Source: Bacteriovoracaceae bacterium (lineage in GTDB: Bacteria > Bdellovibrionota > Bacteriovoracia > Bacteriovoracales > Bacteriovoracaceae). From it: a stretch of DNA of 64,000 bases. The notes under the pieces were generated by a model, which searched no databases, was not told the origin of the DNA, and worked only from the letters and a program-made list of their open reading frames with translations. Position 1 is the stretch's first letter. Every line of letters starts with the position of its first letter. This document shows, one piece after another, positions 39,850-49,512 of the stretch. A program made the translations under genes and the position numbers. The stretch is from contig JBLWTJ010000001.1 in the NCBI GenBank assembly GCA_048270185.1, positions 1,600,001-1,664,000 on the forward strand. The letters are read 5' to 3'.

Positions 39850-40949
39850 TGGAGAGCATGCTAGAGATTGAATATAAGAAAGTTATATCGGAGTTGATCT
39901 TTGGCAGAGATGATTTAGCAGCAATAGCACTATACGAATCAGGAACAACGGCCCTTTATGCATTATTAAAGTCCTTTGATATAGGCTCTAATGACGAAGT
40001 CATTATCCAGGCATTCACTTGTAGTGAAGTACCAAGTGCAATTATTAGCACAGGAGCAACACCAATCTATGCAGATATATCAATCGACACGCTAACAGCA
40101 TCACTTAATTTCATTAAACCTCTAATAAGCTCAAATACAAAAGCAATCGTGATTCAAAATACATTTGGACACGTTGAAGATATCTATGAAATAAAGGAAG
40201 AGTTTCCCCATTTGATTATAATCGAAGATGGCGCCCATGCCTGTACAGAAATCCAAGTCGACCAAGGGAAATTAATAGCTGATGCTGCTTTTTATTCAAC
40301 ACAATATAGTAAACTGTACTCAACAGTTTCAGGTGGTGTTAGCCTATGTCAAAAAGAAGATATACAAAAGAGTCTTCTTAACTTTAACACGACATCTACA
40401 GTTTCTTCATTCAAGCAAAGATTTAAAAAGACAATTTATGATTATTTATCAAACTCAAAGCTCTACTATTGGTCGAGAAGTTACAATAATCAAAAAAATC
40501 ATTCTCCAGTTAGAGCATTCCCATCTAAAAGGCCATCAGCTTTTTCATTAAAAGAAGGAATAAGGGAAATCTTAGACATAAGACACAATCTTAGTCATCG
40601 CCGTCAAGTAGCAAAAGCCTACGAGATTTTTTTTAAAGATCATAAAAAAGAACAATTTTATAATGACATAAGAAGAACAGATACTTTTTCACACTTTCCA
40701 ATTAGAGTAAAAAATAAAGAAGATTTTATCGTGAAGGCCAAATCTGCAAACTTATTTTTCTATGACTGGCCACTAAGACCGGTCCCTCACATAGAAACTG
40801 AAGAATATATGATAAACAGAGACAGTTTACATAATTCAATTCAACTAATAAATGAAGTCATTAGCTTACCCACATCAAGAGATGTGAATCGTGATAAATT
40901 AAAGAATATACTCGAATTTTTAAACGAAAATATCGACGATCTAATCTAA
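39849..40949 (+). CDS. DegT-family aminotransferase, divergent
   Basis: SGTTAL, QAFTC..VP, QNTFG, EDGAH, YSTQYSKLYSTVSGG; TAATG coupling. Confidence 0.82.
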   Translation: MESMLEIEYKKVISELIFGRDDLAAIALYESGTTALYALLKSFDIGSNDEVIIQAFTCSEVPSAIISTGATPIYADISIDTLTASLNFIKPLISSNTKAIVIQNTFGHVEDIYEIKEEFPHLIIIEDGAHACTEIQVDQGKLIADAAFYSTQYSKLYSTVSGGVSLCQKEDIQKSLLNFNTTSTVSSFKQRFKKTIYDYLSNSKLYYWSRSYNNQKNHSPVRAFPSKRPSAFSLKEGIREILDIRHNLSHRRQVAKAYEIFFKDHKKEQFYNDIRRTDTFSHFPIRVKNKEDFIVKAKSANLFFYDWPLRPVPHIETEEYMINRDSLHNSIQLINEVISLPTSRDVNRDKLKNILEFLNENIDDLI

Positions 40950-42583
40950 GCTTTAATTAATTCACGCTTGTCTTTTCGCCAAAGATTACAGCCATCACAA
41001 ATATTGATTTCATTGCGATGTCCACTTAGATGCATTTGGCGATACTGATTAACAATTTGATCGTTCCAGACTTCTTTTAAACTTCTCTGCGTAATATCTC
41101 CTAGAGGAAATTTAGTTGTTGTGTCCATACAACAAAGAGGAACAACTCCATCGACATGAATACACATTGTCGACCATTTTGCATGACATGGAAGAGTGTC
41201 ATTATATCTTTCAACATGAGATAATTCACCTGCCCAATTATGGATCTTCTGGATTGAAATTTCGTCATGTGATGAAATAAATTGATTCCAATACTTAATA
41301 TAGCCATCGATCTCTGTGATATTTGAGCTTTGCTTTATTAATTGAATACGTATTTTGAGTTGCGAGTTCACTTTATCTCTTAACTTAATTAATTGATGTA
41401 TATTGGCCAATACCTTATCGTAATTAAGCCCACGTCTTATTCCCTCATAAGTTTCCTTGTCCATTGAATCGAGGGCAATATAGATTTCATCAAGTCCTGA
41501 CTCTAAGAGTTCGTGGCATTTTGATTCTGTAAGCAAGGAAGCATTAGTAGCAAGATTTACAACCTTAACACCTTTAGATTTGGTGTACTTGACCTTTTCG
41601 AATATATCTCGATCCAAGAGTGGTTCCCCATCAAGATAGAGCATGACCTTCTCGACATGATCATTATACTCACCTACTTCATCAATGATTTTCTTAAAAG
41701 TAACGTCATCAATCCTCTCCTTACTCTTAAGGGAGAAATCAATCCCACACATGGTACAGTCCGCATTACAGTTATTAACTGTTTCAATATGTAGATACCT
41801 TGGGAACTTGATACTTTGTGGAAGACTTACTCCCATATCTTCACGAAGAAGTCTTGAGTTTCGCTTTTGATTAAAAGCCTTTTTTAAATACTGTGAATAA
41901 GTTCTTAGAAAGAACTGAAATACTCCTAGAACATTCTTTACACGAAATGCTGATGTCTTAGTTTTTGATTTGAAATTATCATTTATTCCTACTTCAATAT
42001 AGTTATGACCACGCCATAGTAAATTTAAAATGATTTCTGCTTGATAAGCATAACTAAAAGTTTCGATATTAACTCGACGTAGATGCTTTGTGTGATAAAG
42101 AACATAGTGATTGTAATATTTTAAACTATTATTAAACAAAAGGTTTACTAATACTGTAAAAACTTTTGAGACAAACTGACGTCCAAAATGACGTTCTTTA
42201 AAATTCAACTGATATGGTATGATCATATCAGCAGCACCAGCATACTTAAAAATTCTTCTCAAAGACTCTCGTGTGATCGAGTTTTGTCCATGAATAATGA
42301 TAAAGAACTCGCTATCGACATTCTTAATACTATCGTTAAAAATCCCACCTAAACCGAGTTGCTTTTCAGTATGGATAACATTAATAAACTCATATTTTTC
42401 AGCAAAACCATCAGCAATAGAAGCTGTTTTATCACTACTCTGATCATTATAGATGACAATTGAGACACTCCCCCACACATCGATACAATCGAGTAAAACG
42501 CCTATTGTATCGGCGAGATTCTTCTCTTCATTATGAGCGGGAACCACTATCGTAAGGGACTTGTTTTTTATTAACATATTCAT
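40946..42583 (-). CDS. GT2 glycosyltransferase / radical SAM-SPASM fusion
   Basis: N-terminal IVVPAHNEE, NDQSSD, GLG; C-terminal CNADCTMC, DGEPLLD, CHAKW...VPLCC...CDGC; single open frame. Confidence 0.85.
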   Translation of the reverse strand: MNMLIKNKSLTIVVPAHNEEKNLADTIGVLLDCIDVWGSVSIVIYNDQSSDKTASIADGFAEKYEFINVIHTEKQLGLGGIFNDSIKNVDSEFFIIIHGQNSITRESLRRIFKYAGAADMIIPYQLNFKERHFGRQFVSKVFTVLVNLLFNNSLKYYNHYVLYHTKHLRRVNIETFSYAYQAEIILNLLWRGHNYIEVGINDNFKSKTKTSAFRVKNVLGVFQFFLRTYSQYLKKAFNQKRNSRLLREDMGVSLPQSIKFPRYLHIETVNNCNADCTMCGIDFSLKSKERIDDVTFKKIIDEVGEYNDHVEKVMLYLDGEPLLDRDIFEKVKYTKSKGVKVVNLATNASLLTESKCHELLESGLDEIYIALDSMDKETYEGIRRGLNYDKVLANIHQLIKLRDKVNSQLKIRIQLIKQSSNITEIDGYIKYWNQFISSHDEISIQKIHNWAGELSHVERYNDTLPCHAKWSTMCIHVDGVVPLCCMDTTTKFPLGDITQRSLKEVWNDQIVNQYRQMHLSGHRNEINICDGCNLWRKDKRELIKA

Positions 42584-42691
42584 CTAACTATAGTTTATAA
42601 TAACTTATAGATAATTACATTTATTATTAGTTAGAAATGATTTACCTGTTTGAGATTAGTTTTTATACAGTTGTAATGTACTAACTGACTA

Positions 42692-43723
42692 ATGAGTAGA
42701 CATTATTTAAGGATAGAGCTTATTGTGAGATTTTTAAGAACACCATTAAGAAGACTAGCAAAGTATCTTATCGTGAATCGAAATTCACATAAGACACTTC
42801 AAGACGTCAATTCTGCGACTCCTATTTATAAATTAGGAACACAGACACTAATGGATTCAAAATTTCCAATACAAATTAATTTAGAGGCCTCTAGAGCCTG
42901 TAATCTCAAATGTCCATTTTGCGCGAGAGAGGATGCTACTAGCGGAACACATATTGATCTCAAAATTGTTCAAAAAGTAGTAGAGGAGGCAAAAAAATAC
43001 GGCCCAACCGTCTTTGCCCTCCATATTTGGGGAGAACCTCTTATCAACCCTAAATGGGATGAGATTGTCCACATTATTAAATCTTCAAACAAGTCTAATG
43101 GTGTAACTATTACAACAAACGGCACACTCTTTACCCCAAAAAATATCGAAAAGCTTAAGAGGGACAAAGTAGATCAACTTATTATTAGTCTTCATACTCT
43201 TGACTCAAAGACTTATCCAATTCGAGTAGGCAAAGATATATCACTTCAAGATCAATTGGATTCACTTAGAGAGTTGGCGATACAAACCAAGAATTTATCG
43301 ATGGTTAAAGTCATACGTCTATTTGAAACGAAAGAAGATAAGATTACTCAAACGCAACTTATCAGTGAACTAAAAGAACTAGGCTACAATTTTGAAATAA
43401 CTGAATATGATAATTCGGCCGGTTTTAGAGATGACTGGTCAACAATTGAAACAAAAGAAAAGAGATGGCCTTGCTATCACCCATGGTTAACTGCCTCTGT
43501 TACAGTCCATGGAGATGTTACCATTTGCTGTGTGGATCCAATCAATCAACTTAAAATTGGTAATATTCAAAATGAAGATTTGAACTCGATGTGGACAGGA
43601 AGAAGACTGCAAGAAATAAGACATCAACATCTTAAACAAGAATTTGAATCAAATTGCTCAATATGTGAAAAGTGTGATACTTGGGCTGCTAAACCCGATT
43701 TCTTTTTTAATTTTCAAAAGTAG
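42692..43723 (+). CDS. Radical SAM protein with twitch/SPASM domain
   Basis: CNLKCPFC, WGEPL, TTNG, CYHPW...GDVTICC...CSICEKC. Confidence 0.9.
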   Translation: MSRHYLRIELIVRFLRTPLRRLAKYLIVNRNSHKTLQDVNSATPIYKLGTQTLMDSKFPIQINLEASRACNLKCPFCAREDATSGTHIDLKIVQKVVEEAKKYGPTVFALHIWGEPLINPKWDEIVHIIKSSNKSNGVTITTNGTLFTPKNIEKLKRDKVDQLIISLHTLDSKTYPIRVGKDISLQDQLDSLRELAIQTKNLSMVKVIRLFETKEDKITQTQLISELKELGYNFEITEYDNSAGFRDDWSTIETKEKRWPCYHPWLTASVTVHGDVTICCVDPINQLKIGNIQNEDLNSMWTGRRLQEIRHQHLKQEFESNCSICEKCDTWAAKPDFFFNFQK

Positions 43724-44675
43724 AATAAGCTTTAAAAATAACTGAATGGATATTCATAAGTGTTGTAAAATTGCTCCAGCGCTCAGTATTAAAGTCCTCT
43801 AATGCTAACTTTGTTTCATACTCAATTGAACGATGACACAAATCAACATCAATCTTTGTAGAGTTTCCATCGTAAGTCTCATAGTGAACGACATTGTCAA
43901 ATGCATCAGTACGATAGATACCTTGAGGAGTCTTAACTTCAATATCAGCATATCCTACAGCTCTCTTCCATGAAGAAGAAATCGAAATAGATGGGCAGCG
44001 ACTACTTGATACCTGCAAAGATATATCATCCTCGATATTATTTAAACACTGCGAGACCTTGTCGATACAACTAAATCTTAATTCGCCAAACATGTTATTC
44101 AGGTAAGAGAGACAGTGGATACCATTATCAAGAAGAGTCCCTCCACCAGAAAGTGCATGATCTTTATTCCATTTTTTTAAAACAGTGCCATCGTGACCGA
44201 TACTTGCACATACCTCAAGAATATCCTCACCCTTGATTAAATCTGTCATTTTCATAAAACTAGGAAAATAGCGAAGATTTGAGCCCATTCTGATATTGGC
44301 CTTAAAAGCCTTGCTCTTCATATTTAAGGCTTCAAGCTCCTTTAAATTTATACATAGAGGTTTCTCAACAAAAACTTTTATATCTAAATCACATATTTTA
44401 TTAACAAGGCCATAGTGTTGATGATTTGGAATACTAAGAAAAATAATATCCGAATTAGTAAGAACTTCATTATCAACAGATTTCTTAAAGATAACATTCT
44501 TAAATTGATGTAAGAGAACATCATCTTTAGTTAAACCCTTAAAGTCGAGATCAACGAGGTAAAGGTTGGCTATTTTAGTACTGTATTTCGAAAAAGAGGC
44601 AATTCTCTTTTTTCCATAATTACCAATTCCAACAACGGCAATATTCATGCTTGAATTGATTATTTCTGTACTCAT
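43707..44675 (-). CDS. Gfo/Idh/MocA-family NAD(P) oxidoreductase
   Basis: VVGIGNYG, PNHQH, VEKP, SGGGTLLDNGIH. Confidence 0.88.
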   Translation of the reverse strand: MSTEIINSSMNIAVVGIGNYGKKRIASFSKYSTKIANLYLVDLDFKGLTKDDVLLHQFKNVIFKKSVDNEVLTNSDIIFLSIPNHQHYGLVNKICDLDIKVFVEKPLCINLKELEALNMKSKAFKANIRMGSNLRYFPSFMKMTDLIKGEDILEVCASIGHDGTVLKKWNKDHALSGGGTLLDNGIHCLSYLNNMFGELRFSCIDKVSQCLNNIEDDISLQVSSSRCPSISISSSWKRAVGYADIEVKTPQGIYRTDAFDNVVHYETYDGNSTKIDVDLCHRSIEYETKLALEDFNTERWSNFTTLMNIHSVIFKAYSTFEN

Positions 44676-44713
44676 AGGGAAGCCCTTTCTTGACTTGATA
44701 AATATAGTTTAAT

Positions 44714-44726
44714 TGCTAAAATTATA
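44714..44726. promoter_or_regulatory. Extended -10 TGcTAAAAT (+) overlapping TATAAT (-)
   Basis: TAAAAT 44717-44722 with TG at 44714-44715; ATTATA 44721-44726; between divergent genes. Confidence 0.4.
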
Positions 44727-44760
44727 CCTAAGTCATTTAATAAACAAAAGTTGGAAAACC

Positions 44761-45693
44761 TTGAAAAAGAAAATATCTGTTATCTACTCATTTAGAAATG
44801 AAGAAGAGAATATCAAAGAACTAATAAGAAGGTCACAAAGTACTCTCGAAAAGAGTGGACATGACTTTGAAATTATCTTCGTTAATGATAACTCAAGTGA
44901 TAATTCGAGAGCAATTCTAGAAGAGGTGATGTCATCAAATGATAAAATCAAATTAATAAATAACAGTAATCGCTTTGGGCAGGCACAAGGCACATTAGCG
45001 GGAATGCAATATGCAACAGGTGACGCTATTATCTATCTTGACTCTGACCTGCAAGATCCACCAGAGCTATTCATTGAACTTATTAGTAAATGGGAGCAAG
45101 GCTTTGAAGTTGTTCATACACGTCGAACGAAGAGACGTGGAGAAAGTCTCGCTAAGATGATTCTGACACGTATTGCCTATCGAATTATTAATAAGCTCTC
45201 ATTCATTAATATTCCAATTAATTGCGGTGATTTTAAGTTAGTCGATCGAAAGGTTGTCAACGAACTATTGAAAGTTCAAGAAGAGGAACCATACTTAAGA
45301 TCAATAATCTCATGGATTGGTTACAGACAAGCTTTTATTGACTATGAAAGAGATGCTCGTGGAGCTGGGAAAACACATTTTCCACTTTGGGGACTAAATC
45401 CATTTGAAACTTTCTTTATTGGTCTGACTTCTTTCTCAGTTTTCCCTCTTTATCTACCAATAATTTTCACCTTATTTTCATTTGCAATAATGATAGTGGC
45501 CGTAGCTTATTTTTATTTTCAAACAAGTCCAATAAGAGATATACACTACATTATTTTTGCCATTCACTGTGCTTTAAATATTATTTTGACTTGCTTCTCT
45601 ATTTTTGGAGTTTATTTAGCACGCATACATATGCAATCAAGAGGTCGTCAACACTTCATCATTGAAAGTATATTAGGGTTTGAGAATGAATAA
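44761..45693 (+). CDS. GT2 polyprenyl-phosphate glycosyltransferase, GtrB/ArnC-like, two C-terminal TM
   Basis: RNEEEN, VNDNSSD, NRFG, LDSDLQDPP, GDFKLVDRKV, R.AGKT; TTG start after GGA. Confidence 0.92.
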   Translation: MKKKISVIYSFRNEEENIKELIRRSQSTLEKSGHDFEIIFVNDNSSDNSRAILEEVMSSNDKIKLINNSNRFGQAQGTLAGMQYATGDAIIYLDSDLQDPPELFIELISKWEQGFEVVHTRRTKRRGESLAKMILTRIAYRIINKLSFINIPINCGDFKLVDRKVVNELLKVQEEEPYLRSIISWIGYRQAFIDYERDARGAGKTHFPLWGLNPFETFFIGLTSFSVFPLYLPIIFTLFSFAIMIVAVAYFYFQTSPIRDIHYIIFAIHCALNIILTCFSIFGVYLARIHMQSRGRQHFIIESILGFENE

Positions 45694-46624
45694 TAAAATA
45701 TTAGTGACAGGTGCTTCAGGTTACATTGGAAGCCTTCTTTGTGAAAAACTTTTAAACGAAGGTCACGAGGTTTATGCTTTAGATAATCTAAGATATTCAC
45801 AACAATCTCTCTTCAATCTATGCCATCATAAGAAGTTTAACTTTATTAAAGGTGATGCAAGAGACCAAAAGCTTATAACTGAAGTCATGAAGAAAGTAGA
45901 TATCATCTTCCCTCTTGCTTGTCTTGTTGGTGCACCTTTATGTGACAAGGCACCAAAAGAAGCACAGGAAGTAAACTCTGATGCTATTAGATATATTTGC
46001 GAGAATAAATCAAAGAGTCAAAAAATCATCTATCCGACAACAAATAGTGGCTATGGAACAAAAACTAGTGACATCCACTGTGATGAAACCACTCCATTAG
46101 AGCCTATATCAATTTATGGTACAACAAAGGTTGAAGCCGAAAAAATTGTATTAAGCACAGAGAACACAGTAGCCTTTAGGCTTGCTACTGTTTTTGGTAT
46201 GTCACCAAGAATGAGATTAGACCTACTCGTGAATGACTTTGTTTACCGTGCTGTTAAAGAAAAATATCTTGTGCTCTATGAAAAAGGTTTCAAACGTAAT
46301 TATATTCATATTAGGGATGTCATTGACTGTTTTGATTACACAATTAACAACTTCAATAAGATGCAAGGAGAGGTCTATAACCTAGGGCTCGACGAGGCAA
46401 ATCTTAACAAAGAAGAACTTGCTCTTGAGATAAAAAAGAAGATCCCCGATTTAAATATTATATCTTCTGAATTCAATAGTGATATTGATAAAAGAAATTA
46501 TATTGTTTCTAATGAAAAATTGATTAAGCAAGGCTTTAAGGCACAAAGAAGTATTCAAGATGGGATTGAAGAGCTCATCAAGGGCTATCAAATGTTTAGA
46601 AGAAATGAATTCTATAATATCTAA
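45686..46624 (+). CDS. NAD-dependent epimerase/dehydratase (extended SDR)
   Basis: TGASGYIG, YGTTK (YxxxK), RLATVFGMSPRMRLDLLVN. Confidence 0.9.
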   Translation: MNNKILVTGASGYIGSLLCEKLLNEGHEVYALDNLRYSQQSLFNLCHHKKFNFIKGDARDQKLITEVMKKVDIIFPLACLVGAPLCDKAPKEAQEVNSDAIRYICENKSKSQKIIYPTTNSGYGTKTSDIHCDETTPLEPISIYGTTKVEAEKIVLSTENTVAFRLATVFGMSPRMRLDLLVNDFVYRAVKEKYLVLYEKGFKRNYIHIRDVIDCFDYTINNFNKMQGEVYNLGLDEANLNKEELALEIKKKIPDLNIISSEFNSDIDKRNYIVSNEKLIKQGFKAQRSIQDGIEELIKGYQMFRRNEFYNI

Positions 46625-47306
46625 GATCACACCTATTATACTTTGCGGTGGATTAGGTACTCGTTTTCAAGAGATTAACTCCAATCTCCCTAAAGCCCTT
46701 TATCCAATAAAGAGTAAACCATTTATTCATAACCTTTTTGAACAGCTTATCAATGAGGGATTTAATTATACAATACTTTCAACCGGTCATTTAGCAAACC
46801 TTATCGAAGAGAAGATTGGTACCAAGTATAAAAGCCTTCATATTGATTACATAAGAGAAGAATCTCCTCAAGGTACAGGAGGAGCTATATTAAATTGTAT
46901 CAACAAAGTAACAACAGACTTTATTTTAGTTCTTAATGGTGATTCAATATTAAATGATGGCTTCACATCTCTTCTTAATAAACTTGAAAACTCAATCCTA
47001 TTAGCGAATCGCGTTCAACAATACGACTATACAAAACTTGGTCAAGTGATTGTCAAAGAGGGACAAGTTATTAGGTTTGAAGAAAAGTCTCAAGATATCG
47101 TCAGTGACTACGTTAACACTGGCATCTATTTAATTAAGAAGCAAGATTTACTCAATATAGATAAGAATGGACGTCCTCTCTCTTTAGAAAGAGACCTCAT
47201 AAATAACATTATTTACAAAGGCCTTTCATATAAAATAACAGATAACGCCATTTTAGATATTGGTACTAAAGGATCTTTGGAATTCACACTTAAGAATATT
47301 TCTTAA
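46605..47306 (+). CDS. hddC: Sugar-1-phosphate nucleotidyltransferase, heptose-1-phosphate guanylyltransferase-like
   Basis: LCGGLGTR, PKAL, GTGGAI, LNGDS, FEEK, NTGIY, SLERD, DIGT. Confidence 0.75.
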   Translation: MNSIISKITPIILCGGLGTRFQEINSNLPKALYPIKSKPFIHNLFEQLINEGFNYTILSTGHLANLIEEKIGTKYKSLHIDYIREESPQGTGGAILNCINKVTTDFILVLNGDSILNDGFTSLLNKLENSILLANRVQQYDYTKLGQVIVKEGQVIRFEEKSQDIVSDYVNTGIYLIKKQDLLNIDKNGRPLSLERDLINNIIYKGLSYKITDNAILDIGTKGSLEFTLKNIS

Positions 47307-48252
47307 GGCCATCAGCAATCAATTGATCGACTAGTTTTTCGCCCGTTATCTTTGGATCAAAACCGAAAGTCTCCTTTGCCTTTGTTATATCTCCACATAA
47401 TCGGCCATTATCACTTGGTCTTTCAAACTTCTTATTATAAGTGACATAGTCTTCATAGTTGAGATTAAAATATGAGAAAGAATACTTTAGAGCATCTCTT
47501 AAACTTATAGGATTACTTGAAGCTACAATAAAGTCAGAAGGAGTATCAAGTTGCATAATATTCCAAGCTGCCTCCATATATTCTGGTGCAAATCCATAGT
47601 CTACCTCAATATCAATTGGGCCAAGTTCTAATTTATCTTGTAGACCTTTACTAATACGAATCGCTGAATTAACGATCTTATTAATCGCATAATCGTCATT
47701 CTTTCTCTCTGAAGTATGATTGTAGAAGAAGGCGGATGATGCATGGATATTAAAAGCATCTCGATAGTAACGAACTAGGCTATAGGCCATCACCTTTGCA
47801 GCGGCATAAGGACTTTGAGGATAGAAAGCTTCATCTTCATTTTGTATCATGGTTTTAGTCTTACCAAACATATGAGATGTTAATGGCTGAAAATATTTAA
47901 TCTCATTCGGATTAATTTGTTTAATAATTTCTAGAATTACACCTACTGCTTTTCCGGTAATATCACAGGAATATCCAACAGAATCGTAACTCCATCCGAC
48001 ATGATCCTGATCGGCCTCGTTATATATTTCTAAAGCTCCTGACTGGTTGATAGCACGATAAAGTGAAGTTGCATCATCAAGATCTCCCTGATGAACAACA
48101 ATATCCTTAAGAATATGATCAATATTCTTCGTATTCCCAGTGGCCGAACGTCTAATTAAACCGTGTACTTCGTAATTCTTTTCTAATAGATTCTCTGCAA
48201 GATAACTTCCATCCTGTCCCGTAACACCAAAAATTAATGCTTTCTTCTTCAT
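47290..48252 (-). CDS. gmd: GDP-mannose 4,6-dehydratase-like SDR, atypical active site
   Basis: GVTGQDGSYL, IRR, PQSPYAAAK, NHTS.R; QPLTSHMFG instead of QASTSELFG. Confidence 0.75.
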   Translation of the reverse strand: MKKKALIFGVTGQDGSYLAENLLEKNYEVHGLIRRSATGNTKNIDHILKDIVVHQGDLDDATSLYRAINQSGALEIYNEADQDHVGWSYDSVGYSCDITGKAVGVILEIIKQINPNEIKYFQPLTSHMFGKTKTMIQNEDEAFYPQSPYAAAKVMAYSLVRYYRDAFNIHASSAFFYNHTSERKNDDYAINKIVNSAIRISKGLQDKLELGPIDIEVDYGFAPEYMEAAWNIMQLDTPSDFIVASSNPISLRDALKYSFSYFNLNYEDYVTYNKKFERPSDNGRLCGDITKAKETFGFDPKITGEKLVDQLIADGLKKYS

Positions 48253-49502
48253 TCTAAAATCCTAAAGTTTGGTAGTGGAACAATAAACTTTCCACCCTTG
48301 TGCCTCCACTCACTTTCTCTCTCATACATTTCTTCGATAAATGTATAAGGAAGAACAAGAAAGTAATCAGGTTGAACTTTTCTAGCTTCATCTTCACTAT
48401 AACATTTTATTTTTGAACCAATCGTATACTTACCCCATTTCTCTGGACTTCTTTCGGCTGCACCATCGATTAGACTTGAATCCAGGCCATAGTATTGGAG
48501 AATCGTGTTTCCCTTAGTTGATGCTCCGTAAACCCATACAGACTTTCCTTGTGCCTTAGCTTCTTTAATAAAACTTAAGCACTTAGATTTCTCATCTTCG
48601 ATACTTTTGAAAAAATTATTAATTTCTTCTTCACTACATTCTTCTGCAAAATATTGATCAATTCTATCTTGAGATACAATATCAACTAGTGAATCCCCTA
48701 TTTTTCTAGTGGCAATCCTGAAACTTCCGTTATTTACATCATTCTTTTGAATGTCGATAATCTCAAGTCCATTTTTTTCAAATAAATACTTAAGTGACTC
48801 GAGAGTATAATACTCTAAATGCTCATGATTAATATTTCCAAGATCTCTCGTTTCAATCATATTCTTTAAACACATAAGTTGCGTAACAAAGATACCTCCA
48901 TCTGCTAACGCAGCATATGCATCTGCAATAAACTGATTTGGATCTTCAAGATCATAGAACATTCCAATGGCCGTAATAATCTTGGCTTTTTTCTTCGTTA
49001 CTTGTTCAAAGCTACTTAATTGCCAAAAATCCTCTATTAAATGATCAACACCTCGACTTCCTTCTTCTTTCAAGTTTGTCGCAGGTTCAACACCTATTTT
49101 AAAAATATCTAAACTAGATGGGTATTGCCTTAAGAGAGTTCCATCATTAGATCCAATATCAAGAACGATATCACCCTTTTCTAAGGTCACAATATTCATA
49201 CTGTATTTAACAATATCTTCTAATGCCAATTTCATCATATCCGTAACACCTGAGCGATACCAATAAAAGCGACTATAAAGAATTTCTTGAGGTGCCGTAT
49301 GGCGTAATTGAATAAGACTACAAGAGTCACATCTCACTAGTTCTAAAGGAGCCTTTGGGTATTTCGAGTGGTCTTCTTCTTCCACAAAATTATTAACATA
49401 GTGAGTACCAAGATCAGCAACATCTTTTAACGAAGAATTTCCGCAAATACGACAAGAGAAGCATGTTGTGTAATCAGATTTAGAAAAATTTCCTTTTATC
49501 AT
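48249..49502 (-). CDS. NDP-sugar C-methyltransferase (NovU/TylCIII/EryBIII-like, Zn-binding class I SAM)
   Basis: CRIC...CDSC Zn site, LDIGSNDG, HEHLEYY, GS, YGASTKGN, GGKFIVPLP. Confidence 0.88.
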   Translation of the reverse strand: MIKGNFSKSDYTTCFSCRICGNSSLKDVADLGTHYVNNFVEEEDHSKYPKAPLELVRCDSCSLIQLRHTAPQEILYSRFYWYRSGVTDMMKLALEDIVKYSMNIVTLEKGDIVLDIGSNDGTLLRQYPSSLDIFKIGVEPATNLKEEGSRGVDHLIEDFWQLSSFEQVTKKKAKIITAIGMFYDLEDPNQFIADAYAALADGGIFVTQLMCLKNMIETRDLGNINHEHLEYYTLESLKYLFEKNGLEIIDIQKNDVNNGSFRIATRKIGDSLVDIVSQDRIDQYFAEECSEEEINNFFKSIEDEKSKCLSFIKEAKAQGKSVWVYGASTKGNTILQYYGLDSSLIDGAAERSPEKWGKYTIGSKIKCYSEDEARKVQPDYFLVLPYTFIEEMYERESEWRHKGGKFIVPLPNFRILE

Positions 49503-49512
49503 TTCTAACCTT

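Noticed and set aside
2861..43723. RiPP cluster suggested by SPASM radical SAMs
   Set aside because: No precursor-like ORF, RRE/PqqD domain, peptidase or peptide exporter; intergenic gaps are too small, and the 49-aa ORF is an SxtK-like membrane peptide.
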